64,000 nucleotides of DNA from a virus. The notes under the pieces are model-generated. The model made no database searches and was not told the origin of the DNA. It saw nothing but the letters and a program-made list of their open reading frames with translations. The position numbers and the translations under genes are program-made. The DNA is taken from the IMG/VR virus record IMGVR_UViG_3300020442_000006, positions 64,001 through 128,000 of that record. One strand, given 5' to 3'. Shown one piece after another: positions 18,045-27,663 of the stretch (its first letter is position 1; each line of letters starts with the position of its first letter).

Positions 18045-21000
18045 TTAGATGACTAGTTCTCTGATCTGGATCACATCACCAGTAGAGGGTGGAGTACCGA
18101 TTGAGAAGTCAACAGCGTTGCCGCTAACTTGATAGTCAGTGCCTGGGATTTGGGCGACACCATTCAAGAACACAAGAACAGAGAAAGAGGTATGCCCTGG
18201 GGAAATAGCAAAGGATGATGTTGACCCGTTACCATTGTATGTGACCCCGTTGTTATTGTTAGCAAGACCAGTTGCAAGTCTATACTTATCAGCAGCACCA
18301 TACTTACCAGTGACATCAAGGTCACCAGAAATGAATGTGTTACCACTGATCTTCATTCTATTGGAAGCATCAGGTGCCATTCCAATACCATAGTTAGTAA
18401 CACCTGAGAACCTGCGTGCAGTAATAGGTGAGGTATCTGTCATACCAAACTTATACCATACACCTGCATCATAGATCCAACCAAGTGAATCACCTGCCTG
18501 CCAGTCAATGTTATAGATAATATCACCATCGTTAAATGCTAATGCACCATCAATATCTGGTTGACCTGACCCATCATCTTCTGCAAGGAACGTCTGCTTT
18601 AGTACAGTTCCATCGTCGTTGGAGTATGTTAACTTCAGAGTCTGAATATTTTCCTGAGAAGTAATTCTCTTCTGGAATGTAACAGGACCTGAGAATACAG
18701 ATTCCAACTGGTTAGATGCACCACCGATAACAGTTAGTTTGTCGGTAAGAACGATCTCGGAGAAGGTCTCAATAGTTGTACCTTCTTCACCCAAGACGTT
18801 CAACTGTGCAATATCTTCGTTAGTGATCTGACCTGTAACTGGGTTAATAACTTGGTTACCAACGAATAGTTCACCGTCAGAGTTAACACCTGAATAGTAT
18901 GCCACACCTGCTGCTTCCTTCAGGGACTGAGACAGTCTGACCTGTGCGGGTGATAGAACTTCCACCTGTGTAGATGGGAATGCAGTTGAGTAGTTCCCTG
19001 GTCCGAATCCAAGGTATTCAAACGTGTGACCAGATGCTCTAAGAATAGAGTATCTTCTTAGTTCACATAGGATAGGAGCAACAGAGTTATCAGCATTCAA
19101 CTTCAGAGGAATCTTTCTCTCTTCTTCATCACCAAGACGTGCAGTAACAACAATACTGTTCAGTGTATTAGATGTTGTGTTATATCCTAAGTTATTTTCC
19201 TGTTCAAGTAAGAAGAACTGAGTTGTCTCTTTAGTGATAGAGAGTTTAGTATCTTCATTTGGTGTAGGTGTAGCACCATCAGTTGTTGTAACAACACCAA
19301 GCACATCATTGTCAGCGACTGATACAGCAGGACCTGGGTCTGCTACTGGGTTGTCTCTGTCAAATGCAGGGTATAGATCAACTGTCTGCTGTGAGAATGC
19401 GAAGTCATCAAAGTTTGAAGTTGAAGGTGCAACTGATGCATTCAGGAATGTCAGATAGTAGATACCATCCTTCAGACCTCTTTCGAACTCTTGATATGTT
19501 TCTACTTCGTAGATGTAATATGTTTTGTCGTATGCAGGTGAGTTAGTCTCTGAAGATCTAGGTTGTACCACGAAACCAGTAATGGGTTGCCTAGGAATCG
19601 GGAACGCATCCTTGTCCAGTACATATCTAAATCTGTAAATTCTATCCTTAAGGTCTCTTGCGTCGGGAACTCTTCGGATGAATGATGTAGGTGTGAATCC
19701 AAGATTTTGATACTGACTGTTAGCGATTAGAGTTGTATAGATGTCGTTCTGGTTAGAATCTACCTGTAGATACCAGTTAGACTGGTTGGCATCATACTTG
19801 ATAGGTGAGTTGTCATCACCTGGGGATGTACCAGTAACGTCTTGTCCTGAAGGATCAATCTTTGCTGTGTGTGTTGTAGGAGCATTTGCACCAGATGCGA
19901 TCAACAGCACATTGATCTTGTCAGGCAATGTGGGTGAATCTCTTCTAGCACCAATGGTATAACCCTGAATCTTAGAGGGTGGTTTGGCATTCTCGTTTGT
20001 ATAACCGTAGAGATATAACTTAGTTGGGTCTGCTGCTGCACGAATCTTATTAATATCAAATGTAACCCAGTTGATAGAGATCTCAGGTACGTCAGAAATA
20101 TCTTTTGGTGGGATTACGTGAGTAATCTGTCCTGCCTTATCTTTTGTAAATGCTGCTGACTTGAATCCTTTTGATCGTAGCGACGTGTTTCCGAAGTTTG
20201 AGTTACTGTTAGTAATAGAAAGGTCACCACCGCTGTCAGAAAAGAAATGGTCACCAAATCCCACAGCAAACACAGACACAACCTGAATGAAACTGTCGTT
20301 GGATGCTTTAATGTGGACGTGACGCCATCCTTTACGGTATTTGCATAGACCGTTAATGTGTGCACCAGATCCAGATGCCTGTGCTTCATAGTTACCTGTT
20401 GATGGATTATAAAGTACAAATGCACGGTCATCCTTTTGTAGAGAGATACCCGTGAACTGTGCCACAACCATTGATTTGAAACCAGTTGCCTTCGAACCAT
20501 CGGCGTGCATACCACAAATACCCCACACTGAGCGGAGAGAGCAGTTGAACACATATGGTGACGCTGAGTCAACAGTATCAATCTCAACTTTAACCAGTAC
20601 GTTAGAACCAATAGCATTACCTGACGGTTCTGCTGACATCTGATAAGTAAACTGGTTACCCTGTGCTGACGTTACAAGGAATGATCCGTTGTATAGGTTA
20701 GCATCTGCTTCAGTTGGTCCCGTGACACCTGAGATATTAACAGCAACACCCACAGAGAAACCGTGGTTGACAGGGTTATCCTGAATATCAACTGTGAAAG
20801 CAGTTGCAGTTTGACCATTACGGATGATCTGAGAGACTCTAAATTCGTCAGAAATCGGACCAACGATTCTGTTTTCCTCGACCCTTGCCTGCAACTGGTC
20901 TTGTGCGATAGTTCCAGATGTGTCAGGAATTGTTGCGTATGCCTTCGAGATCTTCTGGTAGTAGAGATCAAGGTCATTAACCGTAGCGTATTCAAAGCAG

Positions 21001-21620
21001 GTAATCTTGTGGTGTGAGAAGTTTGGAGCAATAGTATCTGCAACGTCTCCTCTATAATATACCCCGTTATTGTCCCCGTCGAAGAAGGACATCTGCCAGA
21101 AGTAAGTACCACCAGTCAGTCTGAAGATTGCTGACGCTGTTGGTTCGTTTGCACCTGTGATACCAAGTGATGCGTTGATAGTAGGATATGGAACATACTT
21201 AGGAATGATCTTAGTTCTTCTAAGGTCAGATCCAACAACAGAACAACCCCTTGGGACGATGATTCCACCGTCTACGGAGTTGAACTTGTAAAGAATATTG
21301 TTTGGTGAGGTGAGATCGAAGTTAGTGTTCTCGTCAAATGGTGTGATCTCGTTGAAATTACTTGTCCCTGGTCTATTATCTAAAACGTACTCTGAAGGAT
21401 ATAGGTATATACTGAATGCGTCAAATTCGTCATTACTAAGTCCAACTCTATATGAAAATCTAGATACCTCAAGGAAGGCACGTTGCAACGTCTTAAAAGG
21501 ACGCAACGCTGAGTTACCTCGGTTGTCGTAAGCATCCGATGCATCAAAGTCGTCGGGGTTGACGTAAATAATACGACCAGTCCTCGACGTGATGATATTT
21601 TTAAGACGTGTTAGTGCCAT
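18045..21620 (-). CDS. Large virion structural protein/tail fibre (1191 aa)
   Basis: N-terminal YV...D..GNSALRPFKTLQRA motif; C-terminal NGNGS...VFLNGVAQ Ig-like module; AATAAATA upstream. Confidence 0.75.
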   Translation of the reverse strand: MALTRLKNIITSRTGRIIYVNPDDFDASDAYDNRGNSALRPFKTLQRAFLEVSRFSYRVGLSNDEFDAFSIYLYPSEYVLDNRPGTSNFNEITPFDENTNFDLTSPNNILYKFNSVDGGIIVPRGCSVVGSDLRRTKIIPKYVPYPTINASLGITGANEPTASAIFRLTGGTYFWQMSFFDGDNNGVYYRGDVADTIAPNFSHHKITCFEYATVNDLDLYYQKISKAYATIPDTSGTIAQDQLQARVEENRIVGPISDEFRVSQIIRNGQTATAFTVDIQDNPVNHGFSVGVAVNISGVTGPTEADANLYNGSFLVTSAQGNQFTYQMSAEPSGNAIGSNVLVKVEIDTVDSASPYVFNCSLRSVWGICGMHADGSKATGFKSMVVAQFTGISLQKDDRAFVLYNPSTGNYEAQASGSGAHINGLCKYRKGWRHVHIKASNDSFIQVVSVFAVGFGDHFFSDSGGDLSITNSNSNFGNTSLRSKGFKSAAFTKDKAGQITHVIPPKDISDVPEISINWVTFDINKIRAAADPTKLYLYGYTNENAKPPSKIQGYTIGARRDSPTLPDKINVLLIASGANAPTTHTAKIDPSGQDVTGTSPGDDNSPIKYDANQSNWYLQVDSNQNDIYTTLIANSQYQNLGFTPTSFIRRVPDARDLKDRIYRFRYVLDKDAFPIPRQPITGFVVQPRSSETNSPAYDKTYYIYEVETYQEFERGLKDGIYYLTFLNASVAPSTSNFDDFAFSQQTVDLYPAFDRDNPVADPGPAVSVADNDVLGVVTTTDGATPTPNEDTKLSITKETTQFFLLEQENNLGYNTTSNTLNSIVVTARLGDEEERKIPLKLNADNSVAPILCELRRYSILRASGHTFEYLGFGPGNYSTAFPSTQVEVLSPAQVRLSQSLKEAAGVAYYSGVNSDGELFVGNQVINPVTGQITNEDIAQLNVLGEEGTTIETFSEIVLTDKLTVIGGASNQLESVFSGPVTFQKRITSQENIQTLKLTYSNDDGTVLKQTFLAEDDGSGQPDIDGALAFNDGDIIYNIDWQAGDSLGWIYDAGVWYKFGMTDTSPITARRFSGVTNYGIGMAPDASNRMKISGNTFISGDLDVTGKYGAADKYRLATGLANNNNGVTYNGNGSTSSFAISPGHTSFSVLVFLNGVAQIPGTDYQVSGNAVDFSIGTPPSTGDVIQIRELVI

Positions 21621-21666
21621 CTTCTATAGGAATCCTGTCTATATGGTTATTTATTAGGGGTTGGGA

Positions 21667-23586
21667 TTAGGGAGCAGCACCGCCTCCACCGCCTGCGCCA
21701 CCACCACCTGCAGCAGCTTGGTTATACTGATCAGGAGCGTAGTCAGGAGGTGAAACCTCGTTCTCGAATCCGTTCACTTGGAATGTTAAATCCGCACTTG
21801 AAGCATAAACCACAATGTGTGAGTTAGGTCCAACAACGATACCACTGTGTTTGTTAGCACCGTTTGCAGCAATAGCATAATCGTACATAATGTAGTCTGC
21901 AGTCTCAAGGTCAGCAGGTTGTGTAACTGAGTTGACCGTAGCAGATGTTCTATCAGCACCTTGTTCAGGTGGTGTATCTACAAATGTGTCTGAAGCAGCG
22001 AAAGCACTAGACCCAGGTCCAAGAGTAACTGAAAGAACTGGAGCAGTCCAATCTGAAACCCATCCATACTTACCACCAGTTACAGTACCAACAGTAATTG
22101 TTGAAGTACCAACCAAGAATGTATCACCAGTGATCCAAGTTCCTTTCACGTCATAGAGAAGAATCTCTGTGTATTGTGGATCTTGAACAACAGTCAAACT
22201 AGCAGAGTAAACTGTTTCACCTGCAGTTGAAGGTGCACCCTCAGCATAGTAGTACAGTGGGTTTGGTGACTGTGCAGTCGGAATAATATCAATGATTCCG
22301 TCTGTACCCGCAGTACCAGACTTCGTTACACCAGTTGTATATTCTGTACCTGCAACTGGAGTCGCTCCTGTACCCTCTTGTGTATCAGAGAATCTAAGAG
22401 GAAGTGAAGTGTTTGTTGAGTCTGACTGATCAAATCTGTATGTTCTTTCCACATCCATAGTGAATGAAGTAGGAACAATTTCTTGACCTGCAACAGTACC
22501 CCAAACAAATCCTGTTGTGTAGATAGCACTTGAAGTTGCAGTGAACTGAGTGTCTACAGTAGCGTTTGAGTTTGTACCTGTAAGAGTTTCAGCAGAATCA
22601 AACCAGTTGATCATTGCTTGAGAACCCTGTGACATAGGAGTTACAGTTGCACCATCAGCGTGGTTTGCATCTGTAGTACCCCACTGACCTCTAGTAACTG
22701 AGAGATCGTTACCAGTAACACCAGTAACAAGCATAATCTCGTTGCCAACACGAATGTATTGACCAGAGACAACCACAGTAGCATCAGAAACAGTCAGTGT
22801 AGTGTCCGCTGCTTGGAACTGTGCACCTTCGTTAATTGTTGTAGTCTGACCTGCATCCTGATAGAAGGAAACCATCTGTCCTGATCTGTGTGCAGCAGCA
22901 GATGTACCGAACTGTCCTCTTGTGACAGTTACGTTAGCACCACCAGTTGTTCCACTGTAGAAAGTAGGAGTGCCGACAAGGATGATCTCAGGAGTATATC
23001 CGTTAACTCCATCAGATAGCACAAAGTATGAAGCACCAACAGATGCTGTACCATCAGATACTTTCAGTGTGGTTGCACCTGAAGCGATGTCTGCAATCTC
23101 AATATTCATTGTGGTCCCGATACCACGGAATGATGCAGTTACACCTGAAGTACCACCAGTTACAGTTTCACCGCCCTGAAATGTTCCTGAGATAGCGTTC
23201 GAATCAATACCAATAGAAGTATATGTCTTAACCTTCACATAGTTTGTAATGACACTGGTATCAACAACCACGTCCAAAACGTTCGCTGACTTAGCAAAAT
23301 CTCCTGAGTTAATAGTCAAACCAGGGGTTGCATCAGACCTAGAAATCCCAGGTGCAATCTCAAGTTTGTATGTAGAAACTGGGTTTCCCCTATTAAACTT
23401 GTAACTACTGGCATCTAAAGTCAGTTTCTGTGTATAGTCTTTGAGACCAACACGATATGTTGCAGCAGAACCACCTCTCTCCGCTGCTAGAAGAATTGTC
23501 GATGCTGTAGTCGTGACGTTTGACGAATACAGCACAGTATTTGTTGTTGCTGCAGGGGCGGATGCAGCGAGTCTACCTGCCGTCAT
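21667..23586 (-). CDS. Virion structural protein with two RGxxGT..H repeats and a degenerate cupredoxin-like domain
   Basis: RGQFGTSAAAH and RGQWGTTDANH repeats; TYRFDQSD...PLRFS...LYYY. Confidence 0.7.
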   Translation of the reverse strand: MTAGRLAASAPAATTNTVLYSSNVTTTASTILLAAERGGSAATYRVGLKDYTQKLTLDASSYKFNRGNPVSTYKLEIAPGISRSDATPGLTINSGDFAKSANVLDVVVDTSVITNYVKVKTYTSIGIDSNAISGTFQGGETVTGGTSGVTASFRGIGTTMNIEIADIASGATTLKVSDGTASVGASYFVLSDGVNGYTPEIILVGTPTFYSGTTGGANVTVTRGQFGTSAAAHRSGQMVSFYQDAGQTTTINEGAQFQAADTTLTVSDATVVVSGQYIRVGNEIMLVTGVTGNDLSVTRGQWGTTDANHADGATVTPMSQGSQAMINWFDSAETLTGTNSNATVDTQFTATSSAIYTTGFVWGTVAGQEIVPTSFTMDVERTYRFDQSDSTNTSLPLRFSDTQEGTGATPVAGTEYTTGVTKSGTAGTDGIIDIIPTAQSPNPLYYYAEGAPSTAGETVYSASLTVVQDPQYTEILLYDVKGTWITGDTFLVGTSTITVGTVTGGKYGWVSDWTAPVLSVTLGPGSSAFAASDTFVDTPPEQGADRTSATVNSVTQPADLETADYIMYDYAIAANGANKHSGIVVGPNSHIVVYASSADLTFQVNGFENEVSPPDYAPDQYNQAAAGGGGAGGGGGAAP

Positions 23587-23589
23587 TGT

Positions 23590-24915
23590 TTAGAAACCAG
23601 AGAAAAAGTGTTGTTGTAATCTTAGTCTACCACCGAGATCGGGAGCAGAAATTGAACCACCGAAACTAACACCAAGTGTTGTAACGTTTTCGGTTGAAAG
23701 CAACGTCGCATCAGCATTCGGGAATCTGATTGAACGTGTACCCTCTACATTATCTAGGAGGAAATTGATCTTGTTCTGATCGTTATCTGAACTGATTAGT
23801 TGGAAACCAACCGCAGATTTGTTCTCCATAACCTGCTGTGCTTTAGCAGTAAGAACAATGTTGTTCTCGGAGATAGGAACGTTTAAGTTGTTATGTGGGA
23901 ATGCATAACGTAAGAGTGTAGTTCCAGAGATCTCAGACAAATCGAACTGGATACGCTTGGTAACGTCAGTTCCGTCTGCAAATCTAGGATCAGCATACTC
24001 TTTGTTCTTAAGTACCTGTGTTGATTCAGTACCTGCAACTGTAAGTGACTGGTCAGGGAAAGTAACAATACGATCAGAAGTTACATCACCAGATTGGAAT
24101 GTAACCTTTGGTGTCGGGTTGTTAGGATCACCAGACTCAATATTACTAATTGAGGGGTTGATAAAGTTTTTATTACTGACGTTTTGTTCACTAATAGTGT
24201 CAAGTAGTGTTGACTGTGCAACACCTGAACCATAATCAGGTAGTCTGTAAATATGAGTTCCTGGGGATTCCCAAGAGTCACACTCAAAGAGTGCAACCTT
24301 AGCAGTGTCAGATGAACCAGTAACTCTTAAGTCACCGTCCTTGATGATAATGGTTTTGTTACTGATCGTTTGAGCAGTATCATTACCAAGAAGAGTTGTT
24401 GATGTAAAGTTACCTGTGCTAGGAAGTGCGAAAGTACGAATACCTGCACCAGTAGAAACACCAGAGATCTCGAACTTTGCTTTCTTATCTGGGTTCTGGT
24501 CATCTGCAATGAGCAGGTTGACATCTTGGAACTCAGCAGGTCCGTTCACCAAGAATCTACCAGATCCCTGTGGACGCATATCGATGTTTACGTTGGCACT
24601 CGTTGTATCCCCCGCAATCATCCTGATCGTAGCAGAACCGTCAGCGTTAGGTTGCTTCCTGTAGTACATACTAGATGTACCAAAAGCAATACCTATCTCA
24701 TTATATGCATTCTGGTATAGTCCTGTGTCCCTGTCCAAATCGAACGCTAGTCCAGGTTGGGACTGACTTCCTGCTGATACACCTTTGAAAAGTTGATTGA
24801 TTTTCGCTTTTCTATTTGGAATCAGCGGGTCAGAAATCACAACGGGGAGGATCGCCTCTCCCGTCAAGACAGCATCTGCCAGAGTCTCTAATTGTGAAAT
24901 TCTTTTTGTTCCCAC
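23590..24915 (-). CDS. Tail-fibre-like virion protein with internal repeats (441 aa)
   Basis: RISQL N-terminus, PGLAFDLDRDTGLY, repeated (F/L)P...T...Q..NK units; TATAAATA upstream. Confidence 0.7.
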   Translation of the reverse strand: MGTKRISQLETLADAVLTGEAILPVVISDPLIPNRKAKINQLFKGVSAGSQSQPGLAFDLDRDTGLYQNAYNEIGIAFGTSSMYYRKQPNADGSATIRMIAGDTTSANVNIDMRPQGSGRFLVNGPAEFQDVNLLIADDQNPDKKAKFEISGVSTGAGIRTFALPSTGNFTSTTLLGNDTAQTISNKTIIIKDGDLRVTGSSDTAKVALFECDSWESPGTHIYRLPDYGSGVAQSTLLDTISEQNVSNKNFINPSISNIESGDPNNPTPKVTFQSGDVTSDRIVTFPDQSLTVAGTESTQVLKNKEYADPRFADGTDVTKRIQFDLSEISGTTLLRYAFPHNNLNVPISENNIVLTAKAQQVMENKSAVGFQLISSDNDQNKINFLLDNVEGTRSIRFPNADATLLSTENVTTLGVSFGGSISAPDLGGRLRLQQHFFSGF

Positions 24916-24943
24916 TTAACTCAGGCGCTATTTTATACAATCT

Positions 24944-24951
24944 TATTTATA
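24944..24951 (-). promoter_or_regulatory. T4-type late promoter TATAAATA
   Basis: Exact match 28 nt upstream of ATG 24915. Confidence 0.75.
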
Positions 24952-25186
24952 CACGTTGGAGATAGAGGTCTTGAAGCGTCTCTTTTAGACTACCAATATG
25001 CTTGGATCCAATAGAGATCTGTGGATATGTTGCATCCTCTCCAAATTCTTGCTCAAATGCTCTCTGTGTAAAATGTTGATTTAATTTATATGTTGTAAAC
25101 TCGAAATCTTGAGAATTGAGGAACTGTTCTGCTCTCTCACTCTCTTGTGAACCATTGCTATACAAAACTGCTTTTGGATGGATCAT
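24947..25186 (-). CDS. Glutaredoxin-fold protein with no cysteines
   Basis: FEQEFGEDATYPQI parallels FWEEFGRSATFPQL of 50099..50341; the CxxC position reads SQES. Confidence 0.75.
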   Translation of the reverse strand: MIHPKAVLYSNGSQESERAEQFLNSQDFEFTTYKLNQHFTQRAFEQEFGEDATYPQISIGSKHIGSLKETLQDLYLQRV

Positions 25187-25210
25187 TTCTCGTCCTTTTG
25201 GTACTACTAT

Positions 25211-25456
25211 TTACCCATACAAAGACTTCATAATAAACTCTTTTGATAACACTGGGTTGCCGAACAATTCTAACTGTAACTTATCTGCGTCTACGAATCT
25301 GTCTTCTTCATCTTTTCGACAATGCTGCCAGTAATATGTGCTATCTTCTCGTCGATATAGGTAAGAAGTGTTGTGTGAATCGAGGGTGAATAGGGCGACA
25401 CATTCTTGCTTGTGTTGCCAACAAGGATCGATTGCTCTCTTTTCATATTCGGTCAC
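25211..25456 (-). CDS. Hypothetical protein (81 aa)
   Basis: ORF track; GTGA/ATGA-type coupling. Confidence 0.7.
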   Translation of the reverse strand: MTEYEKRAIDPCWQHKQECVALFTLDSHNTSYLYRREDSTYYWQHCRKDEEDRFVDADKLQLELFGNPVLSKEFIMKSLYG

Positions 25457-25683
25457 TGAGGTTTGTGGTCTTTGAATTTGTCGTGGTTACCGTCACCAGG
25501 CATTTTACCAAAGGCAACGTATTCGATTGCTTGAAGAGATCCTTGCAATCTGTCTAGATCTTTCTCGATCTTGACGTACTCTTCGTACCATCCTTGCAAC
25601 TCATCTTTTCTATCAGAGAGTTGTTTTGTACGTTTATTAAAACGTGCAATGAGTTGTTCGTAATTTTCAGTTGGTTTAGTCAC
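25453..25683 (-). CDS. Coiled-coil hypothetical protein; probable GTG start at 25683
   Basis: Track ORF 25453..25779; the GTG overlaps the end of 25676..25987. Confidence 0.65.
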   Translation of the reverse strand: MTKPTENYEQLIARFNKRTKQLSDRKDELQGWYEEYVKIEKDLDRLQGSLQAIEYVAFGKMPGDGNHDKFKDHKPQ

Positions 25684-25987
25684 GTTGTCTCCAATCGTCT
25701 GGTTTGTCACGGGTGAACCAATCATTGATGTCATCCGCAGATCCGAACCCTGTTCTATGATCGGATGGGTCGGGTTCACCTAATCCCATCCTATTCAGAA
25801 AATCATCTGTACTTCCTTCCTCAATACCCTTGGATGCTCTCCTTGCTTGACGCAACCACTCACGAGCAGTTGTATATCTCTTTGCGAGTTTCTCTGCCCA
25901 GATCATATCGTCTAGTGAAACGTCCTGACCTTTAGAAATTTTCGAACAAATCCCTTCCAATCGAAGGCGATAGGCGGTTGAGAGCAT
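25676..25987 (-). CDS. Conserved-type hypothetical protein (103 aa)
   Basis: ORF track; MLSTAYRLRLE...DWF.RDKPDDWRQRD. Confidence 0.7.
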   Translation of the reverse strand: MLSTAYRLRLEGICSKISKGQDVSLDDMIWAEKLAKRYTTAREWLRQARRASKGIEEGSTDDFLNRMGLGEPDPSDHRTGFGSADDINDWFTRDKPDDWRQRD

Positions 25988-26005
25988 AGTCTACGAGTGT
26001 TTTGG

Positions 26006-26206
26006 TTATTTAGAACTAAGTATTTCCTTCAGTGCATCAATCTTTGTGAATTCAGCATATGCTGACTCTGATCGATCTGAGAGGATACCAAGAATGTCTG
26101 ACAAGATGTCATCGTTATCAACGTTATCGTCAATATAGGAGTTCAACGCTTCTTGTAGATAGCGTCTCCTATTCCATTCTGGTGAGTAAGGTTTGTAATG
26201 TGTCAT
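26006..26206 (-). CDS. Hypothetical protein (66 aa)
   Basis: ORF track; YKPYSPEW motif. Confidence 0.7.
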   Translation of the reverse strand: MTHYKPYSPEWNRRRYLQEALNSYIDDNVDNDDILSDILGILSDRSESAYAEFTKIDALKEILSSK

Positions 26207-26222
26207 AATTAAAATTTATGAG

Positions 26223-26295
26223 AGCCATTTATCGGATTTGAACCGATGACCTCCGCTTTACAAAAGCGATGCACTATCCGCTGTGCTAAAATGGC
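26223..26295 (-). tRNA. trnT: tRNA-Thr(UGU); CCA not encoded
   Basis: Cloverleaf: GCCATTT/AAATGGC acceptor, GCAC/GTGC D-stem, TCGCT-TTTGTAA-AGCGG anticodon arm, ATCGG-TTCAAAT-CCGAT T-arm. Confidence 0.95.
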
Positions 26296-26543
26296 AATTC
26301 CTCTTCGCATTTTACCACATCTGTCATCTCAAAGACAATAGGGTGGCAAGATTCCATAATGAGGTATTGAGAATGCCTGTAAAGATCTTCCATAGTATAG
26401 CACATCTTTTCAGAACACGCATCAATCAACTCGATTGATGGTTGATCAACTTCATCAAATGTAAAAGGAATACCATTGATGTACCACATCTTAACGATAC
26501 CCTGTCCCTCGATGAGTCTGTAGTCTGAATTTACCGTGTACAT
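26286..26543 (-). CDS. Hypothetical protein (85 aa); stop codon lies inside tRNA-Thr
   Basis: Track ORF 26286..26603; probable ATG at 26543. Confidence 0.7.
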   Translation of the reverse strand: MYTVNSDYRLIEGQGIVKMWYINGIPFTFDEVDQPSIELIDACSEKMCYTMEDLYRHSQYLIMESCHPIVFEMTDVVKCEEELPF

Positions 26544-26965
26544 TTTACGAACTGAAAAGGTCCTTTTTCTGATCCCCATAGAAGGGTTCCTGATTTGTCC
26601 CATCCTTTATCGGATGTTTCCCACGAGTCTTTAGTAAGTCGTGCTGTTGTTTCAACTCTCCTACCTAGTTCGTCAACCCTTTCAGATTTACCAACCCAAA
26701 CACAATCTTTGACTTCTGTAAACGTCATATCACTGACGTTGATTCCATCTTTGAAAGTTTGTAGGATGATTTGATCATTATCTATAACAATTTTATGATC
26801 TCTCTGGCGATATACATCACCGTTCCAGTCATACCATTGTTTAGTCTTCAATACATCGTCTTCATAGTACCACTCGTAATGAACATAAGCGAATGACGTT
26901 GGATTTAGTTGACATTGCTTGATGTTATGCCAGTGGTGGACTAAGTGATCAAGAAATTTCTTCAT
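26531..26965 (-). CDS. cpeT: CpcT/CpeT-like phycobiliprotein lyase, copy A
   Basis: W.N..Q...NP..F.YV, YRQR, beta-barrel pattern, D.G......WGSEKGPFQF C-terminal motif. Confidence 0.75.
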   Translation of the reverse strand: MKKFLDHLVHHWHNIKQCQLNPTSFAYVHYEWYYEDDVLKTKQWYDWNGDVYRQRDHKIVIDNDQIILQTFKDGINVSDMTFTEVKDCVWVGKSERVDELGRRVETTARLTKDSWETSDKGWDKSGTLLWGSEKGPFQFVKCTR

Positions 26966-26969
26966 AGAT

Positions 26970-27401
26970 CTAATCTATATATTTCCTTTCGAATATGAAT
27001 GGTCCAGGGGTTTTACCCCAAGTTCTACCTTCGTCAATACTGGTGAATTTATCAGCAGTAATAGTAACATAAGAGTAACAATCATCACCCTTGCTGTTCT
27101 TAGCACCTTCTTCAGTTCTACCAGTAAAACCATCTTCAGACTTCTGAAAGATCATACTAGGTTCTTTTGTACCATCCTTGCGAAAGGTTTGTAACTCAAG
27201 GTGATTACCTTTGTCCAAGAGTTTGTGATCTCGCTCTCGGTACATCTCTCCACTCCAGTCATACCACTGAGCAGAATGAATCTCCCCCTCAGGTTCTTCC
27301 CAGAACTGATAGTGAACGTGGGAGAAATGAGAAGGAGAGTTTTGTGCCTGACGAAAGTTCGTCCAAGGATGAAATAGTAGTTTCTTAAACTCTTCGATCA
27401 C
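26970..27401 (-). CDS. cpeT: CpcT/CpeT-like phycobiliprotein lyase, copy B
   Basis: WTNFRQAQNSP.HF, YRER, DEG..WGKTPGPFIF; paralogue of copy A. Confidence 0.7.
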   Translation of the reverse strand: MIEEFKKLLFHPWTNFRQAQNSPSHFSHVHYQFWEEPEGEIHSAQWYDWSGEMYRERDHKLLDKGNHLELQTFRKDGTKEPSMIFQKSEDGFTGRTEEGAKNSKGDDCYSYVTITADKFTSIDEGRTWGKTPGPFIFERKYID

Positions 27402-27658
27402 AGCATTTTGTGAGCAGCAGCAGTCTCCGCAGCGACGTGTGCACCAAGTGCTGCCTCGCTAGGAAGGTTATCCAAATTAGGTAGTGCGTCATTCTGAAGA
27501 AGTTCAGTGACATCAGCACCAATATTGCGTCCTGGGGCAACTTGTGTCATCACAACATTACCTTTAGGTGCTTCGATGAGAATATTCTCACCGCGCTCAA
27601 CAAGTTTAAGTAGAAAATCGAAGTTCTCTTGTGCTTCGTCGATAGTAACTCTAATCAT
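27398..27658 (-). CDS. Phd/YefM-like antitoxin-domain protein (orphan)
   Basis: VTIDEAQENFDFLLKLVERGENILIE matches the Phd N-terminal pattern. Confidence 0.7.
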   Translation of the reverse strand: MIRVTIDEAQENFDFLLKLVERGENILIEAPKGNVVMTQVAPGRNIGADVTELLQNDALPNLDNLPSEAALGAHVAAETAAAHKML

Positions 27659-27663
27659 AGTTC

